Of a DNA stretch of 64,000 nt, positions 43,500 to 59,259 are shown piece after piece. How positions within the stretch are numbered: position 1 is the stretch's first letter; every line of letters starts with the position of its first letter. Under the pieces are notes generated by a model. That model was given only the letters and a program-made list of their open reading frames with translations. It had not been told where the DNA came from and made no database searches. The position numbers and the translations under genes were made by a program. This DNA comes from Octopus vulgaris (lineage: Eukaryota): contig OX597841.1 of NCBI GenBank assembly GCA_951406725.2, positions 25,296,001-25,360,000 of the forward strand, read 5' to 3'.

Positions 43500-43995
43500 C
43501 AGTCGGTGCCACCGACATGTCCAGGATGAGGGCTGGACGATGAAACCGTCCAGCACGCTTTTGTACAATGTCGGGAGCTGTCAAGATTGATAATTTACGT
43601 ACAACACGTGTTGTCGTATCTGGGGAGAGTACGGCCATCGGCTGAGTCTATAATAAAGATTGTACCCCCAACTGGACTCTCGAAGGAAGGTGAGGCATGT
43701 TTTCTCTGTACACTTGCAGTGTTGAAAGAGTGTTTACGAAGGACAAGAATGCAAGGATTCGTGGTGGGATCCTTCATCTCTGGCCCTGGTTTGCTACTTT
43801 ACTTCAGATACCATCTGAAGAGCAAGATAGGGCTGGAAAGAAGAATCCTGTCATGAAGTGTGTTCGAGAAATGATGGGAGGCTGTGATGAAAAGGGTGGG
43901 CGCTAGAAACCCAACTTAATCAACATTGGAAAAAGAAAGGATTGCTGCTGGGACTTTCAGGCTGCCAAGCATACCCCTTCTTTGAAATAAAAAAG
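43500..43995 (+). mobile_element. L1/Tx1-like LINE 3' fragment
   Basis: TCPG*GLDDETVQHAFVQC resembles the C-terminal CCHC zinc motif of L1/Tx1 ORF2. Confidence 0.55.
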
Positions 43996-44005
43996 GTCAA
44001 CATAT

Positions 44006-44059
<54 letters not shown>

Positions 44060-44334
44060 CCTATATATATATTTTTTTTTTTTTTACCATTAAATTTTTA
44101 AATGTAAGGTTCATTCGAACTCCTAGTAACATTTTTTTGTTTGTATTGTCCTGCTAATGTCCCTTCTGTATTCGATATATTTTATCGTAATAAAGAATTC
44201 AGCTAGCAAGCCAGGCTATTCTGAGGCAATCTTCAAACTTGCCTATGTGATTTGGAGCATCCGGTGGGCAATATGTATTGCATATGACTATATTATGTTG
44301 TCTTATGTATTCAATTAAAGTGTCACATACCGAG

Positions 44335-45515
44335 ATCATGGTATGATATGCCACAAACTGCGTGACCTTGGCATAGCTGGAAAACTTGGAGTGTGGTTAC
44401 ATGACTTCCTGAAAGATAGGAGTCAGGCAGTAGTGGTTAATGGAGCCACCTCTATGAACACACAAATAGTGAGCGGTGTTCCACAGGGCACTGTCTTGGG
44501 ACCACTGCTTTTTATAGTGGCCCTCTCAGATATGCCTTCAAATGCGCGGATAGCCACTCTGGCAAGCTATTCAGACAATACGAAAGTCTCGCAGAAAATA
44601 CAGAACCCCAGCGATGTTGCACACCTGCAGCAGGAGTTGGACTCAATCTACAGATGGGCTGAGGATAATAATATGCAGTTTAATGCTGAAAAATTCCAGG
44701 CCCTGCGCTACCAGCATCCAAAACTGAATATTAAACTTTCAGGGTACACCGGTCCACAGGGAATTTCAATCCCAGAGCCTAAGTCTGTGAGGGACCTGGG
44801 TATCGACATGAGTGATGATACCTCTTTCCAAGTGCACATTACCAGGATGGCGACAAAGTGCAGACAACTGGCTTGATGGATCCTAAGAACATTAAGAACC
44901 AGAGATAAGGAAGCCATGATGGTCATCTGGCGAACATTCGTCCTCAGTCTCCTGGATTACTGCTCACAGCTATGGTCACCCACCAGTGTGAAATTAACAT
45001 CGGACCATGTAGCAATCCAGAGAAGATTCACAAAGAAGATCGTCTCTTTGCAACAGCTCAGCTACTGGGAAAGGTTGAAACAGTTAAGACTCTACTCCCT
45101 GGAGAGAAGACGGGAGAGGTATGCAGTAATATATATCTGGAAGATCCTGGAAGGAATTGTGCCCAATTTTGGCATTGTAAGCTACACCAATGCTAGAACG
45201 GGACGACACTGCATAGTGCCAAAGATCCCAGCAATGCCATCACGCTTCAGGAGCAGCTTCTGCAACAGCCTGGGTTTCAAGGGCCCACAGCTTTTTAATA
45301 TTCTCCCAAAGAGTTTCAGGAACTTGCACAAAGTAGATGTTGCGGTTTTTAAATCAAAGCTGAACATCTTCCTGTCAAGAGTCCCAGATGAACCTACCTC
45401 ACGGCAAGAGGTGCAAATGAGGGTAGCTATATCAAACTCCATTCTTCACCACATATTAGAGGAGGCTCTTAGTAATAACAGTGAGCACAAAACGGCGGTG
45501 CATCAGCATGGCCAC
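44335..45515 (+). mobile_element. CR1-group LINE, 3' part
   Basis: SGVPQGTVLGPLLF, LDYCSQLWSP, YSLERRRER. Stop at ~44874. Confidence 0.9.
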
Positions 45516-45657
45516 AGCACTGAAATATATATAGTTATATATATATATATATAGTCATATATAGACACATATATATATGTATATTTATATATACATACAT
45601 ATATAGTTATATACATATACATATATACATACACATATATATATATTATATATACAC

Positions 45658-45699
<42 letters not shown>

Positions 45700-45862
45700 G
45701 TGTATATATAATATATATATTACCGAGATGTACTTGCATAGCAAGTGATTTGATCTGAGATTGTGTGCTGAAACGAAAACAATTACAGCGTGGAAGGTGT
45801 TTGTAAGCCATTTAAGAAACGCACAAAAGCCGTTCGATTCACTTCAATATTTAAGTTTAATT

Positions 45863-45905
45863 TGTCAAAATATTTTCCTCGCTTTAAGACCGCGACTTGT
45901 TCACT

Positions 45906-45906
<1 letters not shown>
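45863..45906 (-). ncRNA. Hammerhead-like motif, G3-C8 core (mirror copy 62600-62643)
   Basis: Reverse complement: CA-GTGAACA-agTCGC ggtcttaaa GCGAg-GAAA-ATAT-TT-TG. The 5' arm of stem I is truncated by (TA)n. Confidence 0.5.
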
Positions 45907-45980
<74 letters not shown>

Positions 45981-46030
45981 TACATATATATTATATATAT
46001 ATACATATATATACACATATAAATATATAC

Positions 46031-46081
<51 letters not shown>

Positions 46082-46095
46082 CTGGTCTGGCTACG

Positions 46096-46135
46096 CTGCA
46101 TTGAAAAGGAGCAATACCCCGAAACGCGTATAAGT
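46096..46135 (+). ncRNA. Degraded hammerhead, U3-A8 core
   Basis: TTGAAAA-GGAG caata CCCC-GAAA-CGCG-TA. Confidence 0.5.
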
Positions 46136-46241
46136 AGTGTATATCCCTTGTTCGAAGGTTATATGGATACAGTATCAAATAGCTATATATGGCCTCATGG
46201 AGCTATAAGCGGACATATTTATATATTAGTATGGCGATAAC

Positions 46242-46306
<65 letters not shown>

Positions 46307-46327
46307 TACATATATATATACATATAT

Positions 46328-47398
46328 ATTTCAACAATTGAGGGTAAAATTAATTAATTATTAATCAATTTCACCAAGTGTATAGTATGTAAAGGGACCA
46401 TTTAAGGCGAATTCAAATTATTACATTATATAAAAGGGCTTAGTAAAATAAATTACTTTGCCACATACTGAACTCATTAGAAATAGTAGCCAAAAAAAAC
46501 TTTTTTAAAACTATTTCTAATACTTAAAGAAAATCTCTCATATAGTGTTTGCTCAATTCAACTCACGAAAGTATGGGGTAAAGACATTAAAAAATCAAAT
46601 GCAAAGGTTATTTGAGAACGTACGTTTCAAGATTAGTCAACTCGACATTTCTATCATCAGCTCAGAACTCCTTGGTTTGGATTTGAAAACACTGAAAGTG
46701 GGAGCATACCCTTTCGGCTTCTTATCGCTTCTGAAGATCTGCTCGAAACTAACAGTGCCAGCACACCCAAAATATGCAAGCGAAGAATTTCTGCTCTCCC
46801 CTTTCCACCAGCGTGGGTTAAAATCAGTAAACACTATGCTTTTTCGGTAAAATCCGAAACATTAAAATGAGAGAGATGAATTATAATTTCAACAATTGAG
46901 GGTAAAATTAATTAATTATTAATCAATTTCACCAAGTGGCAAAGTAATTTATTTTACTAAGCCCTTTTATATAATGTAATAATTTGAATTCGCCTTAAAT
47001 GGTCCCTTTACATACTGAACACTTGGTGAAATTGATTAATAATTAATTAATTTTACCCTCAATTGTTGAAATTATAATTCATCTCTCTCATTTTAATGTT
47101 TCGGATTTTACCGAAAAAGCATAGTGTTTACTGATTTTAACCCACGCTGGTGGAAAGGGGAGAGCAGAAATATATACTGTTAGTTTCGAGCAGATCTTCA
47201 GAAGCGATAAGAAGCCGAAAGGGTATAGTGTTTTCAAATATATATATATACATATATATATACCCCCATACTTTCGTGAGTTGAATTGAGCAAACACTAT
47301 ATGAGAGAGATTTTCTTTAAGTATTAGAAATAGTTTTAAAAAGTTTTTTTTGGCTACTATTTCTAATGAGTTCAGTATGTGGCAAAGTAATTTATTTT
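46328..47398. mobile_element. PLE pseudo-LTR inverted pair in (TA)n; related fragment at 12005-12195
   Basis: 46328-46935 is mirrored by 46937-47398 with internal deletions. Hammerhead at 46613-46664. Confidence 0.7.
46613..46664 (-). ncRNA. Type I hammerhead, canonical core
   Basis: Reverse complement: TGAG-CTGATGA-stem II-GAAA-CGTACG-TT-CTCA. Confidence 0.75.
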
Positions 47399-47400
47399 AC

Positions 47401-47450
<50 letters not shown>

Positions 47451-47939
47451 CATATATACATATAAATATATACACGTATAAATATCTATACATATATATA
47501 TATACATATAAATATATATACATATAGATATACATATACATATATATACATATATACACATATATATTATCTATATGTATAGAAATTAAATATAAAATAT
47601 AAATTACAAAGTGGAACAAGAACGCAAAAACACACAAAGAGACGACACAAAAAAAAACAGACGGGTCACTCGAAGCCTCTAATCTTCAGTCGGAACCGGA
47701 TCATCTTAGCAATTTCGGCTGTTTAATCTCGATATCACTCCGAACCGGCCAGCCCCAATGAAAAACTAAGCCACAGGCATTAGATTTCTTGGAAAGAGGA
47801 TCGAATGTATACGACACAAAGACAGGGTGCCACACGACTATAAATACAAGAAACAAAAAATAGAAATAAAAAACAAGAATGGTAAGCAGGACAAAAACAG
47901 CGGGCGTCTTACGACTTTAGACAATTTTATATACACATA

Positions 47940-48335
47940 TCTTTATATATAAAAGTGAAGTTGTGTGTCTGTCTCCTTCGATTTAGATTCCTAACTACTC
48001 CCACATTTTGCGGTGCAGTTTAACCAAAACCGGGTATCTTATAGTCGTGATTCATATCGAGCCCTTCTGGGTATTAGCGCGTCTACGATGAGTCTACGAT
48101 TTTCAAAAAAAATTACCATCATTTTTTTTCATTTTAATGCATTTTTTCGCGATTAAAAAAAGGGAAGTAACTCTCTAAAAATGTCTACGGTGAGTCAACG
48201 ATTTAAAACAAAAATTACCATCATTCTTTTTCCATTTTAATGCATTTTTTTGCTATTTTTTTGCTATAACTCTCTAAAAATGCTTATATAGTTATTTCCC
48301 TTACAAACCCGAGCAACGCCGGGCAATACTGCTAG
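47940..48335 (+). mobile_element. Non-autonomous Helitron
   Basis: A|TCTTTATATATAAAA start, subterminal hairpin CCCG..CGGG, CTAG|T end, no target-site duplication. Confidence 0.78.
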
Positions 48336-48669
48336 TTATATATATATGTACAAAAGAGATACCCGAAGAATAGGATATCTGACTCGCTAGAAAGAGCAGT
48401 TAAAACTCCAAGTCACCAATTGTTGTAATTCCGAAATAAAAAACTTTTACCTTTTACCTTAAACCTAGACCCTGCAAGGTTTCTGCAGACTTAAATACAG
48501 ACTGAAATAAAATAACTTCAGCCTATTTCTGGCGCTGCTTCCTCAGTAGGTTGCCAGGACTGAACACATAAATAAATAACCCGCCACGTTTCTATAGGTT
48601 CTAATTTTTCGAATCTAACTCGCAGAAGCGGAACTCAGCACTAAAAATATAAATTGCCTATTTTCTTCC

Positions 48670-48948
48670 GCCGTTGCCAGCGCCGCCTCGACTGGCCTCG
48701 TGCCGGTGGCACGTAAAAAGCACCATCCGTTCGTGGCCGATTGCCAGCCACGTCTGGCACCTGTGCCGGAAGCATGTAAAAAGCACGCACTACACTCACG
48801 GAGTGGTTGGCGTTAGGATGGGCATCCAGCTGTAGAAACATTGCCAGATCAGACTAGGCCTGGTGCAGCCTTCTGGCGTCCCAGACCCCAGTTGAACCGT
48901 CCAACCCATGCCAGCATGGAAAGCGGACGCTAAATGATGATGATGATA
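48670..48948 (+). mobile_element. SINE-like repeat 3' part with (GAT)n tail (mirror ~60257-60590)
   Basis: GGTTGGCGTTAGGA.GGGCATCCAGCTGTAGAAA...CCAACCCATGCCAGCATGGAAA motif, also seen at 36080-36200. Confidence 0.65.
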
Positions 48949-49179
48949 ATGAATTAGCCAAAAAACATTTTATCATTAATTGAAATTTTAGGGTAACAAG
49001 AATATTCATAGAAAAATTTTTAGTTACCTGTGGTCTAGCAAGAAAGAAAAAGTTAGTCAATAGACTATATATCATTCAAAGAAGAATACAGTGTTTTGTG
49101 TTTGAACGTACACTGTATTCTTCTTTGAATAATATATAGTCTATTGACTAATTTTTTCTTCCTCACTGGTAACTAAGAA

Positions 49180-49696
49180 TTTTTCTATGAATATTCTTGC
49201 TACCCTAAGATATTTGTCAATGATAAAATGTTTATATATATATAGATAGATAGATAGATAGATAGATATAGATATAAATGTATACATTCTGAGTTCAAAT
49301 TCCGCTGAGGTTGACATTGCCGTTCATCCTTTTGGGGTAGATAAATTAAGTACCAGTTGTGTACTGAGCTCAATCTAATCGACTGGCCCCATCTCCAACT
49401 AAAAATTTTTCTATGAATATTCTTGCTACCCTAAGATAATTATTAATGATAAAATGTTTATATATATGTATGGCTAGATAGATAGATAGATATAGATATA
49501 AATATATACGTTCTGAGTTCAAATTCCGCCGAGGTTGACATTACCGTTCATCCTTTTGGGGTAGATAAATTAAGTACCAGTTGTGTACTGAGCTCAATCT
49601 AATCGACTGGCCCCATCTCTAACTAAAAATTTTTCTATGAATATTCTTGCTACCCTAAGATAATTATTAATGATAAAATGTTTATATATATGTATG

Positions 49697-49728
<32 letters not shown>

Positions 49729-50295
49729 TAGATATAAATATATACATTCTGAGTTCAAATTCCGCCGAGGTTGACGTTACCGTTCATCCTTTTGGGGTAG
49801 ATAAATTAAGTACCAGTTGTGTACTGAGCTCAATCTAATCGACTGGCCCCATCTCTAACTAAAAATTTTTCTATGAATATTCTTGCTACCCTAAGATTTT
49901 AATTAATGATAAAATGTTTATATATATGTATGGATAGATAGATAGATATAGATATAAATATATACGTTCTGAGTTCAAATTCCGCCGAGGTTGACATTAC
50001 CGTTCATCCTTTTGGGGTAGATAAATTAAGTACCAGTTGTGTACTGAGCTCAATCTAATCGACTGGCCCCATCTCTAACTAAAAATTTTTCTATGAATAT
50101 TCTTGCTACCCTAAGATTTTAATTAATGATAAAATGTTTATATATATGTATGGATAAATAGATAGATAGATATAGATATAAATATATACGTTCTGAGTTC
50201 AAATTCCGCCGAGGTTGACATTACCGTTCATCCTTTTGGGGTAGATAAATTAAGTACCAGTTGTGTACTGAGCTCAATCTAATCGACTGGCCCCA
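49180..50295. repeat. ~230-bp tandem array (~5 units) containing a SINE fragment and (GATA)n
   Basis: TTCTGAGTTCAAATTCCG recurs at ~49287, 49511, 49748, 49967 and 50191. Confidence 0.88.
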
Positions 50296-50867
50296 TTCCC
50301 CAAAATTTCGGTCCTTGTTCCTAGAGTAGAAATCAATATATTTTAAATGGAATCAATTTTCTTAGCCGTCTATTAGTTGTTGTAAGCTTGATGTTTAACA
50401 AGATTTCAATTCCCGCAGCTAATGTTCACTGTAACCTCTATACACAATGATTATTTTAACTAAAAAGAAAACGGAAAAAACTAAAGCGTAATAATGACTT
50501 GGGCATCATATAAATTAAAGGAGGAAATACTTGAGCGTTCATGCAGTTTTCTCTCTTTCCCCCATCTCTCTCTCCCTCTCTCTCTCTCTGTCTTTTCTCT
50601 TTCTCTCTCACACACTCCGTAAAGTTTGTGAAGGAGAGTCACATACAAATTGAGAATTATACCAGAGTAACGGGCTACCCTCATTGTTGTACGTACATGC
50701 TAAATCACACTCGCAAAGCGTACACACATCGTTGCTAGAGTTTCATTCTAATAACATTAACTATAGGGAATTAACCAACTCTGAAGAAAGAGAGCCATTT
50801 TAAAAGCACTACTTAATCTCATTAATTCAAATACAAAGACACATAGATTCAAAATTCAAGTACTTAC

Positions 50868-51810
50868 TTAAACCATTAATGAAGAATTTTTCAGTAATAT
50901 AATCTCTACAATTGGAATTTTCGAATGCCAAATAAAATTTGTATTCCTTTTTTAACATCTCAAAGCAACTAGTTTTATTCTCTCTTTTGCAAACTTTTGT
51001 ACCACATCCACCGTAAATATCCACCTGGATATAATTTCCGAGCTCCTTAGCATAAACCATTCGATTGTTGCTTGGACCACAATTCGATACGAACCAAGCA
51101 ACCTTCTTTGTTTTTCCCGTTGCATAATTTTGAAATTGTACTTTTTGTCTTACTGACTTGTTAAAATATCGAAATTTCTCGTAAGGATATACAATCGTAC
51201 TGTCCTGCCGATAAGTAATCGTCCAGTTGATTTTGTTTCCCAGGTGTTTCACTGATGGGTTGAAAACAGGACACTCATGTGTCATAAAAATCCATATTTG
51301 GTTCGTGTGGTTTGTTTTCTGTGATAGTACCACTCTCTCATAAAAGAAAATAGCATCTACACTATTTTGCTTTGCTTTGTTGTTTGTGACTAAACATTCA
51401 TTAACTGGACATTTATATTCCAGGAAACTCGTTTGATTTTCCTTCAATGGTTGCAGATATCTGAAACTGTATATTAACAACGTTTTAAACTTTGGTCTAA
51501 TTGGCTTTAACTTTACAATTCGATCAAAATCTGATTGATTTTGGTGCGTATTCCGTGTATAATTTTCCCATCTTTCCTCTCCTGTTAGGACATATTTCAT
51601 TTGAGCTTCGATACGATCGTTTTCAGGCTGATTACCTGGAAACAATCAAGAGGTATTCCTTCTGTAGGAAACATACTGCTTAGTTGTTGGAGTCCAATTC
51701 CAAATGTTTTGTACGTTCTTGAGATTATATTCAAATTGAGAAATATAAAAAGAAATGCATATTACCATGAATATGACAAAGGCGTAAAATATCTTGCGGT
51801 AGGTGTCCAT
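50868..51810 (-). pseudogene. FucT exon-1 copy, full length with nonsense codon
   Basis: ATG at 51810. CGA>TGA at 51646-51648. A 1-bp loss before the donor (GGTTTAA|GTAAGT) shifts it to phase 1. Confidence 0.88.
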
Positions 51811-52394
51811 TCCTTATTTTGTGTGATGTGAACAGTTTCAAGTCGTTATTCATGTAGCAGTAAGTATTTCTTGAATGAGGCAGTGAACTAGTTAGATAAA
51901 AGGATTGATCAGTAACTAAGATTTATAAAATCATAAAACAAACAACTGTTGTCTTTTTATCAGGAAAAACAAGCCAATAGACAGTTGACAAATTGTTAGA
52001 TCAAGAGACAAATATCAGCTAAAACACACCTTAACGCCTTCGACAATCAAATTCAATAGCACACAGACACACACACACACACACACACACACCCACTCAC
52101 ACATGCAGGCACGCACATACACACTCATACACACACGCACGCACGCGTATCCCCCAAGCACATACACTAAATACATATATACATATATGATATGTTAATA
52201 TGCATATGAGGGACACAAGTAGGGTAACAGTTGTTGATAACATCCATTCACTTGCAAAATGTCTGAATATTTACTGTCAGGCTTATGGCGAGTATATGAG
52301 TGGAGGTGTATGCGTTATCCTTTCCAATGGAACTCTCACCTATGAACAAGTCAACCCATGTTCGTATAGCACTATCAACCCTAGCTAAATCATA

Positions 52395-52427
<33 letters not shown>

Positions 52428-52430
<3 letters not shown>

Positions 52431-54739
52431 GTTTAAATATTTGTTGTGCAAGATTTTTTATGTGAAGTCGTGTGTTGAAACAGATATTGTTATATTTCGG
52501 AATGGTCATATTGCCAGTTTAGCCAATAAAAACATACGCACTATATATTTGGTGTTATTTTGCTTCAGTGATATTTATTTTTTACATTAATCTTAATCTT
52601 ATTTCGGCCAAAGTTCTTTCGTCACACTCCTGTGACCGCATCAGTGGTCCTTTGTTTTTTGTTTTCTTCTCACTTATTTGTGTCTCTCCTTACTAACCGT
52701 CAGCCATTTTGTATTTCTATTGTATGTCTTTATTTGCGCATGCTTATATCTCTATGTGCGTCTATGTTTATTTAGTGTGTGGGGGGGGGGATGCCTGTAA
52801 TATTTGTATCTTCTATTAATATACATTCTTGTAATTTGTATTTTGTTTTTGTTGTTGCTTTTGTTCTAATTTTGTTTATGTGTTTACATCCACCCATTAT
52901 TATCAGTACACATGCTTGTATGTATGTATAACAACAATATTAGTAATAATAATAATAAATCTAATCGTAATAAAAAAAAAATTAAATTAAAAAAAAAAAA
53001 TTTTTTTAAATAAAATTTTAAAAAAATATATATATATATACATACACACACATATACACACATACAAACACATACACATACATATATACATACACCTACA
53101 TAGATATATATACATATATATAGTTATACATTTCTATTTGTTTATTTATCTGTGTATTTATTATGTTTTCAGGATCCTCTATCGTCATATGTTGTGGTGT
53201 GTGCTATTGCTCCATTCTAGTTTTCTATTCAGGCTAGGTTTATTTTCTATTATATGTGTAGCTTCTGTAATTTGTCTAATTGTTGCATCTGTTCTATGTG
53301 TGGACAATATCTTAATCTCTATGTTATTGATTGATCCCCCGTGTTCCTGTTCGGCGTGTTGTTACAGAATCGATGAGCTTTTACCTTCCATGTGTTGTGT
53401 CCAATGTTCATTCACCCGCTCTCCTATGCTTCTTGCTGTTTCCCCTACGTATGTTACTGTCTTGTTACTGCATCGTCCCTCTATACATCTTATACTATAG
53501 ACTACATTTCTGGCTTTACAGTTTGTTTGTGGGCTAAATCTACATACAGTGCAATAGTTATCCGTACAGAGGGTTCTACTAAAAGGATAGGTTCTACCAA
53601 TTATAGATTTGATAGGGTTGCCTGGCTTTTCAACAACCTTAATTCTTAGTTTAAGTTTATCTAGGGTCCTTCTAAAGCGGTACGCCAGTTCACCTCCAGG
53701 GGTGGTGTCAACGAACATGACACTTTGGTATTTATGGCTATCATACCAAGAGTTGGCCTTCCCTATTTTCTTTTTTGTCCTTTCTATAGTGTTCCATGAC
53801 TTGTTCCTATAGATTGGGCAAATCCCATTCCTATCATTACATAATATATTATCAAATTTCTTCATGGCTCCTTTGTATACTCTGATCCTTTCTTTATGGC
53901 TGTAACCTGAGAACTGCATGCGGTGAATGAAATACTGTATGTGTCTCTTTAATTCTGTAGGCTCTGCACATGCGTGACACATTTCTCATTATTCTGACGA
54001 GGTCCGCCATCAAAATATTGAATTTGGCATTGCCCGCAATGGCTGAGTTCCGGTGGATCAGGTATTTTGAGGCCATAGGTTTTGCATAGTATGAATGAAG
54101 GATTTGGGTTTTATTTTCACAATATCTAGCCAGAGTTCAGTGTCTAGTACTGGTAGTCTATGGTTGGGGTGTTTAGTGGGGTAGTCTATTGTGACCTTAA
54201 TACTCTGGTGGATGGAGTTAGCTATTTGCTGGATGCTCTCCATAGTATTAGTTTCTATTACTATATCAACATTACTCTCTTGTGGGGGTGCCTTTACTAC
54301 TATGTTGATATCATCAACATAGCGAGAGTACATGTTTACGAGTATGGATTTCTGCAGTAGGCATTCTTTAAGCCTTCTGTCCCACCATACCATGAAGAGG
54401 TTGGCCACATCACCAGCGATACTAACACCGATGGCTGCCCCCTCGTCCTGGGCATATATTTTATTATTAAATTTAAATGTGTGGCCTTTTAGGGTAACTC
54501 TTATACTAGCTCCTAGTGCATGTGCGATCATTTTCTTTACCTGATGGACATTTGCGAGTGAGAAGAAAACAAAAAACAAAGGACCACTGATGCGGTCACA
54601 GGAGTGTGACGAAAGAACTTTGGCCGAAATAAGATTAAGATTAATGTAAAAAATAAATATCACTGAAGCAAAATAACACCAAATATATAGTGCGTATGTT
54701 TTTATTGGCTAAACTGGCAATATGACCATTCCGAAATAT

Positions 54740-54746
<7 letters not shown>
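52428..54746 (-). mobile_element. Penelope-like element, Naiad-type, 5'-truncated with inverted terminal copy
   Basis: GAAIGVSIAGDVANLFMVWWD, RYVDD, CTDNYCTVC..NVVYSIRC..YVGETARS and RQITEA..LNRKLEW. Frameshifts and a TAA at 53362. 54556-54746 is an inverted copy of ~52482-52670. Confidence 0.82.
54581..54625 (+). ncRNA. Hammerhead-like motif of the Naiad-type element, CTGATGCG core (inverted copy 52606-52650)
   Basis: CCA-CTGATGCG-GTCACA ggag TGTGAC-GAAA-GAAC-TT-TGG. Confidence 0.6.
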
Positions 54747-58023
<3,277 letters not shown>

Positions 58024-58608
58024 TATATAAATATATGATTTAGCTAGGGTTGATAGTGCTATACGAACATGGGTTGACTTGTTCATAGGTGAGAGTTCCA
58101 TTGGAAAGGGTAACGCATACACCTCCACTCATATACTCGCCATAAGCCTGACAGTAAATATTCAGACATTTTGCAAGTGAATGGATGTTATCAACAACTG
58201 TTAACCTACTTGTTCGCATGTGTCCCTCATATGCATATTAACATATCATATATGTATATATGTATTTAGTGTATGTGCTTGGGGGATTCGCGTGTGTGCG
58301 TGTGTGTATGTGCGTGCCTGCATATGTGTGTGTGTGTGCACGAGGCGTGTATCATTGTGCTACTTAATTAAAATATCGAAGGCATTAAGGTGTGTTTTAG
58401 CTGATATTTGTCATTTGATCTACCAATTTGTCAACTGTCTATTGGCTCGTTTTTCCTGATAAAATGACAACAATTGTTTGTTTTATGATTTTATAAATCT
58501 TAGTTACTGATCAATCCATTTATCTAACTAGTTCACTGCCTCATTCAAGAAATACTTACTGCTACATGAATAACGACTTGAAACTGTTCACATCACACCA
58601 AATAAGGA

Positions 58609-59259
58609 ATGGACACCTACCGCAATATATTTTACGCCTTTGTCATATTCATGGTAATATGCATTTCTTTTTATATTTCTCAATTTGAATATAATCTCAA
58701 GAACGTACAAAACATTTGGAATTGGACTCCAACCACTAAGCAGTATGTTTCCTACACAAGGAATACCTCTCGATTGTTTCCAGGTAATCAGCCTGAAAAC
58801 GATCGTATCGAAGCTCAAATGAAATATGTCCCACCAGGAGAGGAAAGATGGGAAAATTATAAACGGAATAGGCATTATAATTGGTGGTAACAAAATCAAC
58901 TGGACGATTACTTATAAGCAGGACAGTACGATTGTATATCCTTACGGAAAATTTCGATATTTTAACAAGTCAGTAAGACAAAAAGTACAATTTCAAAATT
59001 ATGCAGCGGGAAAAACAAAGAAGGTTGCTTGGTTCGTATCGAACTGTCGTCCAACCAACAATCGAATGGGTTATGCTAAGGAGCTCGGAAAATATATCCA
59101 GGTGGATATTTACGGTAGATGTGGTACAAAAGTTTGCAAAAGAGAGGATAAATATAGTTGCTTTGAGATGTTAAAAAAGGAATACAAATTTTATTTGGCA
59201 TTCGAAAATTCCAATTGTAGAGATTATATTACTGAAAAATTCTTCATTAATGGTTTGAT
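58609..59259 (+). pseudogene. FucT exon-1 copy with ~300-bp internal deletion and frameshift
   Basis: Two ORFs (58609-58890 and 58826-59263) in different frames, joined by filler TTATAATTGGTGGT. The donor AT|GTAAGT is retained. Confidence 0.88.

Noticed and set aside
51646-51648. TGA readthrough rescuing the minus-strand FucT copy
   Set aside because: Simple CpG decay of a CGA codon. The copy also has a shifted splice phase and no exon 2 seen on that strand.
53362-53364. Selenocysteine recoding in the Naiad-type ORF
   Set aside because: The in-frame stop is TAA, not TGA, and is not at a conserved Cys. The element also has frameshifts.
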